The notes beneath the pieces are model-generated. The model saw nothing but the letters and a program-made list of their open reading frames with translations. It made no database searches and had not been told where the DNA came from. A DNA stretch of 64,000 nt from the NCBI GenBank assembly GCA_963816145.1, contig CAWFJP010000004.1, forward strand, positions 416,001 through 480,000, read 5' to 3'. Shown here one piece after another: positions 37,236 through 47,049 of the stretch (position 1 is its first letter; each line of letters begins with the position of its first letter). The stretch comes from an uncultured delta proteobacterium (GTDB lineage Bacteria; Desulfobacterota; Binatia; UBA9968). Position numbers and translations under genes: made by a program.

Positions 37236-37964
37236 ATGGAGGTAGATATGCAGCACAAGAGAATTTTGATCGTGGCGTTGTTGATGTTTTCACTGGCCGG
37301 CGCGAAGGACCTGCTGGCATATGAAGGCGGTAGTGTCAGCAACGGCGGTACGATCGAGGGCGTGGTTAAATTCAAGGGGACCGCTCCCCCGCCAAAGAAA
37401 ATTCAAGTCTCGAAGGACACGGCCGTCTGCGGCAAAACGGCTAAAACGGACGAAACAGTTGTCGTCAACAACGGCGATATCGAGAATGCAGTGGTATCGA
37501 TTGACAATATTGAGAAGGGCAAGCCGATGACGCCGACGGTCATCAAGTTGGATCAGAAGGACTGCGACTATCACCCTCACGTGCTGGCGTTCCCAGCCGG
37601 ATCGACGGTGGAAGTGATAAATCCGGATGGCATACTGCACAACATCCATAGCTACAGCAAAGTGAACTCACCGTTTAACTTTGCCCAGCCGAAATTCAAA
37701 AAAACCTTGAGTGTCAAAATCGAAAAACCTGAGGTCATCAACGTCAAATGCGACGTGCACAACTGGATGAATGGCTGGCTGTTTTCGGCGGCAAACCCTT
37801 ATTTTAGCGTGACCGATGCGCACGGCAGCTTTAGGCTTAGCGATGTGCCGCCCGGAACCTACACTCTGACGGTTTGGCACGAAAAATTGGCCCCCTCGAC
37901 GAAAAAAGTTACGGTCAAGGCAGGCCAGGATAGCAAAGTCGATTTCGAGCTCGCTTCAAAGTAA
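37236..37964 (+). CDS. Secreted cupredoxin-like / carboxypeptidase-regulatory domain protein
   Basis: Signal peptide; LDQKDC.Y.PHV, LHNIH, KCDVHNWM (His/Cys/His/Met), VPPGTYTL.VWHE. Confidence 0.8.
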   Translation: MEVDMQHKRILIVALLMFSLAGAKDLLAYEGGSVSNGGTIEGVVKFKGTAPPPKKIQVSKDTAVCGKTAKTDETVVVNNGDIENAVVSIDNIEKGKPMTPTVIKLDQKDCDYHPHVLAFPAGSTVEVINPDGILHNIHSYSKVNSPFNFAQPKFKKTLSVKIEKPEVINVKCDVHNWMNGWLFSAANPYFSVTDAHGSFRLSDVPPGTYTLTVWHEKLAPSTKKVTVKAGQDSKVDFELASK

Positions 37965-38573
37965 CAGGCGCCGGCGCGTGACCCCGCGGTTAAAAAAACT
38001 ACGGCGGCGGACTGGGAAAGTTCACGTTCATAAACCTTCCCGGGCGCTGCCGCTGCCTTGGATTGTCGGAGTTCTGGTTTTCCCTCGGCCACGTCCATTC
38101 AATTGAGATTTGCCCGAGAAATGTTTCCAGCGCTTCGGGCGGCCACGAATTCCTGCGTCACCGATCATATAAGGTCTGTATTGCTCGGGATTGCGAATCT
38201 GCTTGTACCGGTTTAGCGGTGCGCGATGGTTTGCAATATTCGCAAGAGTCCCAGTGAACCAAGACAACCGGCTGCGTTTACGAGATGAGTGTAATTCAAG
38301 CTTGCGAAAACGTTCCAGCGGCGATGCCAAGCTATCGTCGTTCTGTTCCGAAGCGAGCGCGGCAAGCGTCTACTCGCACATCTGCAAAATAATCGAGCAG
38401 CGGATCGGCGCCGTGATTCGACAAGTGTCGCTCGTCTAGACCATTCCTAATCGACGCCACTTCTGCCGTGGTGCGTCGAACCGCCGCGGGGCAATTGACA
38501 GTATCGGGGTGGCGTATTACTTCCTAGACGATAACGATTGACACTATGCCGATCGCCGATCTACGTCGTCGTC

Positions 38574-39112
38574 ATGAAAAAGAGCAAAAAAGTTACCCTT
38601 GCGGATTTACCCTACATCAGCCGCGGCACGCCCGCTGGCGAGTGGTTTCGACGCCATTGGCTGGTCGTCGGCACGAGCCGCGAACTGCGCGACGTTCCCC
38701 AAGCGGTCAAAGTGCTCGGCGAAGAGCCGGTGCTGTTTCGCGATGACCGGGGCCGCATCGGTTTGCTCGGGCTCCATTGTCCCCATCGTGGCACGTCGTT
38801 GGACTATGGCGATATCGAAGACGGCGGCATTCGCTGTCCCTATCATGGCTGGTTGTTCGACCTAGGCGGTCATTCACTTGCAGCCACCCGGGTTATCTCT
38901 TGGTCATCAGCCAATTCCAGTTAGAAATACCGCTGCAATCCTTGTTTCAATCTCCCACGGTGGCCGAGATGGCGGTCATCATCATACAGAACCGAACGAA
39001 GCGGGCAAGCAACGCCGAGCCAGCGGGGATGTTGCGCGATGTGGAGGCGATGATCGAGGATGTAGCGCAGCGCCATGTGGACGAAATCAATGTGACCGTC
39101 TCGAAGAAGTAG
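38574..39112 (+). pseudogene. Chimeric pseudogene: Rieske oxygenase 5' part fused in frame to the 3' part of an NRPS carrier domain
   Basis: CPHRG...CPYHGWLFD|LGGHSLAATRVIS, then a frameshift to VISQFQLEIPLQSLFQSPTVAEMA... Confidence 0.8.
38637..38861 (+). repeat. 225-bp direct repeat, second copy at 42076-42300
   Basis: By-eye comparison shows 3 mismatches over 225 bp. Confidence 0.9.
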
Positions 39113-39451
39113 CTTGACGGGTTCAGCCAATTGTCGGCGTAGGATCTTCGAAGAAAATCGATTACAAGTAGCACCACGGTTATTGTTGGATCGGTATCGG
39201 TGATCGGGCCTTTTTCTCCATCCGCAAGCCGGGATTGACCTGTTTCCTCTTAGTAACAAATCTTGCAGATTTATCCGTTGCCGCTTTCAATCCCATGATG
39301 GATGTTTGTCTTGTTTTTCTCGACTTACCATGATTCTTCCGGATCCCTTTAACTCGGATCGGCACAACACAAGACATCTAGTCGGTGATCAGGCCATTTC
39401 ATGGTCATCTCGTTGACGCCTCGTTTGCTGGACGTGTAGAATGAAGTAGAT

Positions 39452-41386
39452 ATGAGCGAGTCCATCCGAAGTGATTCAAACCTGCCGCCGGAGCAGCTGG
39501 CCATCCGGGCAAAGTGTTTTCACCCGACGGGCAGGTTTGAAGTATTCTCAGAAGAAGAGATCGAGCAATCGATTCCCGAGCGGTTTGAAAAAATCGTTCG
39601 TGAGCATCCCGGGCGATTGGCGGTTAAAGCAAGGGCTTGTTCATTAACTTATGCTGCTCTGAATCACGCGGCAAACCAGATAGCTCACGCGATCTTGATT
39701 CACCAGGGGAAGGCGGAGGAAAGTATCGGATGTTTGTTAAGCCCCGGAGCCGCTCGGCCCGCGGCAATGCTCGGAGTATTCAAGGCCGGGAAGATCTACG
39801 TTTTTTTGAATCCATCCTTTCCCGAAGCAAGAATAAAATTTATGTTGAGAGATTCGCAGTCAACGGTGATCTTGACCGACAATGACCATCTCTCCATGGC
39901 GAAGGGATTCGTCGAGGATGGGGTACGATTGATAAATGTTGATGATCTCGATTCACGTCTCTCCATAAAAAACCCAGGTGTCATCATATCGCCGACTGCG
40001 TATGCCTGGATCAGCTACACTTCCGGCTCCACCGGACAACCGAAGGGCGTCGTCCAAAATCATCGCAACTTGCTTCATTTATTCATGACACAAACCAACG
40101 ATCTTCAGATCTGCTCGGAGGACAGGCTTTTGACGCTGACTTCCTCAGCTGGAGAATTGCTTTTAGCGGTGCTCAACGGTGCATCCGTCTTTCCGGTGAA
40201 CATTCAAAAGGAAGGACTGGCTGGGCTAAGCGACTGGTTGATGCAAGAAGAAATTACCGTTTACAATTCGGTTCCGTCGATTTTCCGCCAATTCGCGAAG
40301 AGTCTGCGCGGCGATGAGAGTTTTCCAAAGCTTCGCTTGATCAGATTCACCGGCGAAGCGCTCTATCGAGCGGACGTAGATTTATACAAGAAATATTTTT
40401 GTGAAAGCTGCATTGTCGTCAACCGGTTGTCGAGCAATGAAGTCCCCGCATTCAGACAATACTTCATCAATCACTCAACCGTGCTCACTGATAGCGTTGT
40501 ACCAGTCGGCTATGCCATCGGGGGTTATGATGTCCTGTTAATAGGCGCCGACGGCCAAGAAGTAGGTATCAACGAAATCGGCGAGATTGCCGTCAAGAGC
40601 CGTCATCTCGCTCCGGGATATTGGCGCAATCCAGATTTAACTCAGGCTAAGTTCTCGTCGGCCGCGAAAGATAAAGAACGCCGTATCTTCAGTACAGGAG
40701 ACATGGGCCGCATGAACCCGGACGGATGTCTTGTCTATCTGGGCCGCCAAGATTTTCAAGTCAAAATTCGGGGCAATCGAATTGAAATCTCTGAAATTGA
40801 ATCAGCGCTGATAGAACTCGAAAGTGTCAAAGAGGCGGTTGTCGTCGCGCGTGACCATAGCGGTGGCGAGAAGCGTCTTGTCGCATATGTAGTGCCAGCA
40901 ACACAACCCGAACCGACTGTGACTGCCCTTCGGAAGCAATTGGCGGAGAAACTTCCCCAATACATGATTCCGTCTGTATTCGTGTCCCTAGATGCGCTGC
41001 CGGTAATCGGTACCGGTAAGGTGAACCGTCAAGCCCTTCCTGAGCCTGAGCAGTGCCGGCCCAGTCTGGACTCGGAGTTTACTATGCCTAGGAGTCCGGT
41101 TGAAGAAATCCTGGTGCAGATTTGGGCCGATATCTTGTCGCTGGATCGAGTCGGCATCCACGATAACTTTTTCGATCTCGGAGGAGACTCGCTGACAGCG
41201 ACACAGGTAGTTACGCAACTCGTCAAACACTTCCAGTTAGAGATTCCACTCCGATATTTGTTTGAATCTCCCACGGTATCCGAGATGGCAGAGGTGATAA
41301 CCGAGTATCAAGGGAAACAACTTAGCAAGGACGATTTGGAAAGTATTTTGGCCGAACTTGAATCTCTGCCGGATCAAAAAGCTTAA
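39452..41386 (+). CDS. Stand-alone NRPS-like adenylation + carrier (A-T) protein, paralog of 27090-29057
   Basis: YTSGSTGQPKG, FSTGDMG, GRQDFQVKIRGNRIE, GKVNR, PCP DNFFDLGGDSL. Confidence 0.9.
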   Translation: MSESIRSDSNLPPEQLAIRAKCFHPTGRFEVFSEEEIEQSIPERFEKIVREHPGRLAVKARACSLTYAALNHAANQIAHAILIHQGKAEESIGCLLSPGAARPAAMLGVFKAGKIYVFLNPSFPEARIKFMLRDSQSTVILTDNDHLSMAKGFVEDGVRLINVDDLDSRLSIKNPGVIISPTAYAWISYTSGSTGQPKGVVQNHRNLLHLFMTQTNDLQICSEDRLLTLTSSAGELLLAVLNGASVFPVNIQKEGLAGLSDWLMQEEITVYNSVPSIFRQFAKSLRGDESFPKLRLIRFTGEALYRADVDLYKKYFCESCIVVNRLSSNEVPAFRQYFINHSTVLTDSVVPVGYAIGGYDVLLIGADGQEVGINEIGEIAVKSRHLAPGYWRNPDLTQAKFSSAAKDKERRIFSTGDMGRMNPDGCLVYLGRQDFQVKIRGNRIEISEIESALIELESVKEAVVVARDHSGGEKRLVAYVVPATQPEPTVTALRKQLAEKLPQYMIPSVFVSLDALPVIGTGKVNRQALPEPEQCRPSLDSEFTMPRSPVEEILVQIWADILSLDRVGIHDNFFDLGGDSLTATQVVTQLVKHFQLEIPLRYLFESPTVSEMAEVITEYQGKQLSKDDLESILAELESLPDQKA

Positions 41387-42009
41387 CGGTTTCTCAACAA
41401 AGGTGGCCAAGCTGAGTCTAAGACCTGAATTGGCTGTGAGTATTTGGCTATGGGTCAAATACTGCATTGCTCCCGTCCGATACCGAACCAAGACGTTATT
41501 TGAGATTTGACTTAGCTGGCAGTCACCGTCGGACCTCCGGCCATTGTTAATGCTCTTGCGATCGAACTGTCTTGTCCTCCAACCTGATCCCGGCTTCGCG
41601 CCTTTTGTCCGTGAGTGAGGTCAGACAACCGTCTGATAAGTCCAACGATTTAACCTCGAGTTTTCGATTCACGGGATTTTATTGTAGGGTCGACGTGGAG
41701 GCTTGGGAACGATTGCTATCGCACTCCAGCAACCGCTGAGTGACTAAGCGCGGCGTGGGAAAACAGCAAGATTAGATGCAATTGTCATGATTCCGAGTGC
41801 GTTTCAAATTTCCGCGCTGGGCATGATGACACTGTGTTGGGCGCCAGAGGGTCGGCACTCCGACCTCCATAACTTGGGTAGCGAGAAGGTAATGCTAAGG
41901 GTTGGTTCTCTTCACTGTCTCACTGCGACCACCATTTCAAAATGTTACCCTCGGCTCGCGAATCCGTCAGTTAACCGACGAACGTGGCCGTCATTTCTGG
42001 ATCATCACC

Positions 42010-43221
42010 GTGACTAAACGGCCGAAAAAGCTTGCGCTCGCCGATCTACCCTATGTAGGCCGCGGCACGCCATCCGGCGAGTGGTTTCGACGCCATTGGC
42101 TGGTCGTCGGCACGAGCCGCGAACTGCGCGACATTCCCCAAGCGGTCAAAGTGCTCGGCGAAGAGCTGGTGCTGTTTCGCGATGACCGGGGCCGCATCGG
42201 TTTGCTCGGGCTCCATTGTCCCCATCGTGGCACGTCGTTGGAATATGGCGATATCGAAGACGGCGGCATTCGCTGTCCCTATCATGGCTGGTTGTTCGAC
42301 GTCGGCGGCCAATGTTTGGCGATGCCGGCTGAGCCGGCGGAACGCGGCTTTGCCGGCAAGGTTCGCCATTTATCCTACCCGGTTCAAGAACAAGGCGGAC
42401 TACTATTCGCTTTTCTCGGACCGGAAGCAGAAACGCCGCCGTTGCCGCGTTACTTGCCTTTGGTCAGCACGGATGGCCAACGCTCCCTCGAAGCGACCCG
42501 ATTGTACAACTACAATTGGTTCAACTTCATCGAAAACGGCGCCGACCCGGCGCATTTTTCGATTCTTCATCGCGCCGATCCCAACGACGGCACCTGGCGC
42601 AGTTGGTTCTTCAACTTTCGCGATATTCCGCCGTTCGACGCCGTCGAAATGCCCTACGGCATGAAAGTGATCTCGCGCAAACCGGGGCCGACCGCCGATA
42701 CCGAATATGTCGACGAAAAAAGTTTCGCCTTGCCGGCGATTTTGCAGATCGGCGACACCGAGTTCACCCATTTCAATCAGCCGCGCGAAGCGCTCGCCGC
42801 CGGCTCGCACAACGCGCACCTGATGTTCGTGACTCCCAACGACGACGCTAGTTTTACCCTGTACACGGTGAATCACTATACCGGACCGGACCAAGAATTT
42901 TTCGCCAAGCTGGCGCCGAGCCGCCGGGTGCAGGCGCCGCTGGAGAAGAAGTCCTATGACCGGCGGGAATTTTCTCCCTTTCGCGGCAATGTCCGCACCG
43001 AAGACATCGCTTGCCAGGCGACGCAGAAATTATTGGGTCAGCGCGGCGAGCAACTGGCCACGTCGGATCGCGGCGTGATCCTGCTGCGCAAGCTGATACT
43101 CAACGATATTGAAGCCGTGCGCCGCAATGGCAAGCCGCGCGCCTTAACCAACGCGCAACAGCATGACGGTCTGGTCACGATCGATTCTTTCACCGGCGTG
43201 CGCGTCAAAGGGGTAAGCTAA
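42010..43221 (+). CDS. Rieske non-heme iron oxygenase alpha subunit (phthalate 4,5-dioxygenase-like)
   Basis: CPHRG..CPYHGW; ENGADPAHFSILH; SDRGVILLR. Confidence 0.9.
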   Translation: MTKRPKKLALADLPYVGRGTPSGEWFRRHWLVVGTSRELRDIPQAVKVLGEELVLFRDDRGRIGLLGLHCPHRGTSLEYGDIEDGGIRCPYHGWLFDVGGQCLAMPAEPAERGFAGKVRHLSYPVQEQGGLLFAFLGPEAETPPLPRYLPLVSTDGQRSLEATRLYNYNWFNFIENGADPAHFSILHRADPNDGTWRSWFFNFRDIPPFDAVEMPYGMKVISRKPGPTADTEYVDEKSFALPAILQIGDTEFTHFNQPREALAAGSHNAHLMFVTPNDDASFTLYTVNHYTGPDQEFFAKLAPSRRVQAPLEKKSYDRREFSPFRGNVRTEDIACQATQKLLGQRGEQLATSDRGVILLRKLILNDIEAVRRNGKPRALTNAQQHDGLVTIDSFTGVRVKGVS

Positions 43222-43224
43222 ATT

Positions 43225-44382
43225 ATGATCTCTCGAGTGCCCCAAAGCCGGAGTTCGCGACAAAATACAACCGTCATTCCGGGCACGTTGGCGCGATCCC
43301 CGCTTTCGCGAGGAAGCGCGACCCGGAATCCAGGAATCTCGCGAATCTGGATGCCGGCTTTCGCCGGCATGACGATCCGAAGATTTTCGATTTGCCTTGT
43401 GGATATCCGGGCTAGAGTTCTCGCAGTGATGATTTTTGTTGCGGTGAGCGCCATGGCGAGTACGCTTGCCGCGGCGCCGCTACGTATCGCGTACAGCGCC
43501 ATCAGCGGTGCCATGTCGACTTTGTGGGTGGCGCAGGACGCCGGCTACTTCAAGCGCGAGGGTTTGGATACCGAGCTGCTTTACATCGGCGGAGGTACCT
43601 TACTGATTCAATCGATGCTGAGCGGCGATGTGCCGTTTGCCTATGGGCCGTCGGTGCCGGTGATCAACGCGACGCTGCGCGGTTCGGACTTGGTGCTGAT
43701 CGGCAACACCGGCAACAGTTTGGTTTTCTCTATCATGTCGCGTCCCGAGATCAAGCAGCCGGCGCAACTGCGCGGCAAGAAAGTCGGTGTAACTCGATTG
43801 GGCGGTTCCACCGACTGGGCATTGGATGCGGCGCTCAAACAGTGGGGCATCGAGCGCAGCCAGCTTAACGTCATTCAAACCGGCGGCATGCCGGAAGGTT
43901 TGGCAGCACTCACCGCCGGGGCGCTCGACGCAGTGGTATTGTCACCGCCAAGTAATTTCCGCGCCGCCAACGCGGGCATGCATGAATTGGAAGACGTCGG
44001 TCAACTGAAAATCGTTTTTCCCAACACGCCGCTGTCGTCGACGCGTTCTTTCATGCGCGCCAACCGCGACATGAGCCTGCGCTTCATGCGCGGCTTTACC
44101 CAGGGGTTGCAGCGGCTGCGCACGGACAAAGAGTTCAGCATGAAAGTCTTGTCCAAGTACACCAAGGTGACCGACAGCGAAACATTGGCGCAGCTCCAGC
44201 AAACCTACGGTGTGCGTTACAGCGGCGAGCGGATTCCCTATGTGCGGCCGGAGAGCATCGACGAGATCCTCCGGCGCACGCCCGGCAAAGAGGCGCGCGA
44301 GGCGAAGTCAGCGGACTTCATCGACAACAGCCTGCTGCAAGAGTTGGATAAATCGGGCTGGTTCAAAACTTTAGGACGATGA
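43225..44382 (+). CDS. ABC substrate-binding protein (NMT1/TauA-like)
   Basis: LRIAYSAISG, LWVAQDAGYFKREGL, GVTRLGGSTD; real start probably ~43369-43430 (upstream part is a REP element). Confidence 0.85.
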   Translation: MISRVPQSRSSRQNTTVIPGTLARSPLSRGSATRNPGISRIWMPAFAGMTIRRFSICLVDIRARVLAVMIFVAVSAMASTLAAAPLRIAYSAISGAMSTLWVAQDAGYFKREGLDTELLYIGGGTLLIQSMLSGDVPFAYGPSVPVINATLRGSDLVLIGNTGNSLVFSIMSRPEIKQPAQLRGKKVGVTRLGGSTDWALDAALKQWGIERSQLNVIQTGGMPEGLAALTAGALDAVVLSPPSNFRAANAGMHELEDVGQLKIVFPNTPLSSTRSFMRANRDMSLRFMRGFTQGLQRLRTDKEFSMKVLSKYTKVTDSETLAQLQQTYGVRYSGERIPYVRPESIDEILRRTPGKEAREAKSADFIDNSLLQELDKSGWFKTLGR

Positions 44383-44500
44383 GGCTATACCAAATCGCTC
44401 GCGGGGTTCGGACCCCGCTCGTGACCAAAGGGGATGCTCGCCCCCTTTGGAAACCCAATTCAATGGTTCTCGCCGCAAGCGGCGAGGTTAATGGTAATCT

Positions 44501-45385
44501 ATGCGGGTAGTAGTCACCGGCGGGTCGGGGCGGTTGGGTCAGTATGTGGTTCGGGAGTTGTTTACCCATGCGCACCAAGTGTCGTCGCTTGACTGCGTCA
44601 AACCGCGAGAGTGCCCGGCGCCGACTTACACCGTCGACCTGAGCAAATTCAAATCGCTGCTCGACCATTTCAAAAATGCCGATGCGGTGGTTCACCTGGC
44701 GCGCATTCGCTTTCCCTACACCGAAACCGGTTTCGATGCCGCAACGCAGAAGTGGCAGTTTGCCGATCCCGCCGGCGATGCCGAGCGCTTCAACCAAAAC
44801 CTGGCGATCACCAACAATGTTCTAACGGCTGCAGAAGCTGCCGGCGTAAAGAAAGTAATTTGCGGTTCGAGCCTGGCGGTTTATGGACTCTACTATCCGT
44901 CGACCGAACTACTGCCGGATTATTTGCCGGTCGACGAAGCGCATCCGCTGCGGCCGCAAGACCCTTACGGACTCACCAAATTGATCGGTGAAAAGCTCGG
45001 TGACGCCTTGAGTCAAAAAAGCACCGTCGCGGTGACGAGTCTACGCTTTTCGGGAATCTATACCGAAGCGCATCGGTCAATGCTGCTCGGGCGTAAGAAA
45101 AACCCGCTGGCGCGCGGCACCGGCGCGTTGTGGAGTTACATCGATGCGCGTGACGCGGCGCGCGCCTGCCGGGTAGCTCTAGAAGCCGATTTGCCGGGCC
45201 ATCAGATTTTCAATATTGCCGCGCCGAACAGCCTGGTGGATATTCCCACCCGTGAGCTGGTCGTTCGGTATCTGCCGCAGGTGAGCGATTTACGCGCCGG
45301 CTTGGACGGCAATTGCAGCGGATATAGTGTAACTAAAGCGAAAAATGCTTTAGGCTTCGAGGCGAAATTGTCACTGGTGGATTGA
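44501..45385 (+). CDS. NAD-dependent epimerase/dehydratase (extended SDR)
   Basis: VVVTGGSGRLG, SSLAVYG, YGLTK, LWSYIDARD. Confidence 0.9.
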   Translation: MRVVVTGGSGRLGQYVVRELFTHAHQVSSLDCVKPRECPAPTYTVDLSKFKSLLDHFKNADAVVHLARIRFPYTETGFDAATQKWQFADPAGDAERFNQNLAITNNVLTAAEAAGVKKVICGSSLAVYGLYYPSTELLPDYLPVDEAHPLRPQDPYGLTKLIGEKLGDALSQKSTVAVTSLRFSGIYTEAHRSMLLGRKKNPLARGTGALWSYIDARDAARACRVALEADLPGHQIFNIAAPNSLVDIPTRELVVRYLPQVSDLRAGLDGNCSGYSVTKAKNALGFEAKLSLVD

Positions 45386-45605
45386 TTGCGTGATGCGTGA
45401 CTCAGCCGTCATTCCCGTGCAAACGGGAATCCAGACCCATCATCCACCTGGATACCGTTCTTCAACGGTATGACGGACGCTGTCCGTTACCTGGATGCCG
45501 GCCGGAGTTTATCCTGAGTGGCATCGAAGGGCCGGCATGACGAATGAAGACATAAGCGATAAAATCTGACAGCAACCGAATGCGCAGCGGGAGCGACGAA
45601 TCATC

Positions 45606-46982
45606 ATGATGGACCTAAGGGAATTCCTCAAAGTTTTAGAAGAAGAGCACGAACTGCAAAAGATCAAAGCCGAGGTCGATCCCAAGCATGAGCTCGGCGC
45701 GATCTGCAAGATTCATAATGAAAAGCCCAACAGTCCGGCGCTGCTGTTCGAGAACGTCAAGGGCCATACGATTCCGGTGGTCGGCCAATTGCTCGCCAGC
45801 GATCGGCGCGTCGCTTTGGCGCTCGGTCTGCCCCAGAAGAACGTCTTTGACGAAACCGTGCGCCGTGCCAACAAACCGATTTCAACCCGGCTAGTGCCGA
45901 AGGGGCCATGCCAGGAAGTGGTTCACGAAGGAAACGATGTCGACCTGAGCAAACTGCCGCTCTGCACCAACAACCCGCGCGACGGTGGTCCATACATTAC
46001 CGCCGGGCATGTCATCATCAGAGATCCCGAGTTCGGCAATAATCTGGCGATTTACCGGATGATGCTGGTCTCGAAGAACGAGGTCACCATCCGCTTCACC
46101 CCCGGGCACGACGGCCACGACTTCATCAGGAACGCCGAGAAGCGCGGCCAGAAGAAATTCGAAGTTGCGGTCTGCATCGGCGTGCCGCCGGCAGTCTATG
46201 TCGCGTCCCAGTTCGAGCCGCGGGCGGGCGTTTATGAATTGGAGATTGCGGGCGGTCTGGCTGGCGAAGCTGTGGATGTCGTCGAGTGCCGGACCATCGA
46301 TTTGGAAGTTCCCGCGCTGGCGGAAATCGTTCTCGAAGGCGAGTTGACGATCCCCGCTAAAACCGGTGACGAAGGTCCTTTCGGTGAGTTCTGCGGCTAC
46401 ACGACCCAACAAGTGCCCGGCGAGCGAATCATGAGGATCAAGGCGATCACCCACCGGCGCAATCCGGTCTATCACAACATCTGGCTCGGCAAGCCGCCGC
46501 ACGAACATCTTTACGTCGATGCCTTGACCTATGCGGTGGCGGCCTACCAGGAACTCAAGCCGGCTTATCCGGCGTTGAAAAAAGCCTATGCACCGCCCTG
46601 GGGCGTTTCCATCGTGTTGCTTTTGCAGCTGGAAAAACGCCTCATGCGTCCGGGCATCGTCGACAATATCCTGGCGGCTTCGCTTTATACCCGCAGCGGA
46701 AAATGGAAACATGTTTTCGTCGTCGACGAAGACATCGTCATGGAAGATCCCAATGAAGTCTTGTGGGCGTTGACGACGCGGTTTCAACCGGCGACCGATA
46801 TGTTTATCATTCCGCGCGGCATCACCAGCTCGCTCGAACCGTCGGCCACCGTCGACGGGCTGACGTCGAAGATGATGCTCGACTTGACGCGCAAGGCCAA
46901 TTTTCGCGGCGAAGTCGCCGAGCCGACGGAGGGTATGCGAGACATGGTTTTGCAGAAGTGGAAGGAGTATGGATTTAAATAA
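45606..46982 (+). CDS. UbiD family prFMN-dependent (de)carboxylase
   Basis: DLREFL..LE, PALLFENVKG, DGGPYIT, AEIVLEG, EGPFGEFCGY, VVDEDI, VLWAL.TR. Confidence 0.92.
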   Translation: MMDLREFLKVLEEEHELQKIKAEVDPKHELGAICKIHNEKPNSPALLFENVKGHTIPVVGQLLASDRRVALALGLPQKNVFDETVRRANKPISTRLVPKGPCQEVVHEGNDVDLSKLPLCTNNPRDGGPYITAGHVIIRDPEFGNNLAIYRMMLVSKNEVTIRFTPGHDGHDFIRNAEKRGQKKFEVAVCIGVPPAVYVASQFEPRAGVYELEIAGGLAGEAVDVVECRTIDLEVPALAEIVLEGELTIPAKTGDEGPFGEFCGYTTQQVPGERIMRIKAITHRRNPVYHNIWLGKPPHEHLYVDALTYAVAAYQELKPAYPALKKAYAPPWGVSIVLLLQLEKRLMRPGIVDNILAASLYTRSGKWKHVFVVDEDIVMEDPNEVLWALTTRFQPATDMFIIPRGITSSLEPSATVDGLTSKMMLDLTRKANFRGEVAEPTEGMRDMVLQKWKEYGFK

Positions 46983-47049
46983 TCCACTGAGCATGTTCAA
47001 GCCGTTCAAAACGTTCAAGCCGTCTCGGACATAGGAAAAGGATTCCACC

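Noticed and set aside
35700-42000. tRNA-Val as integration site of a prophage or ICE
   Set aside because: No duplicated tRNA 3' end and no integrase found in the window; accessory character alone is insufficient
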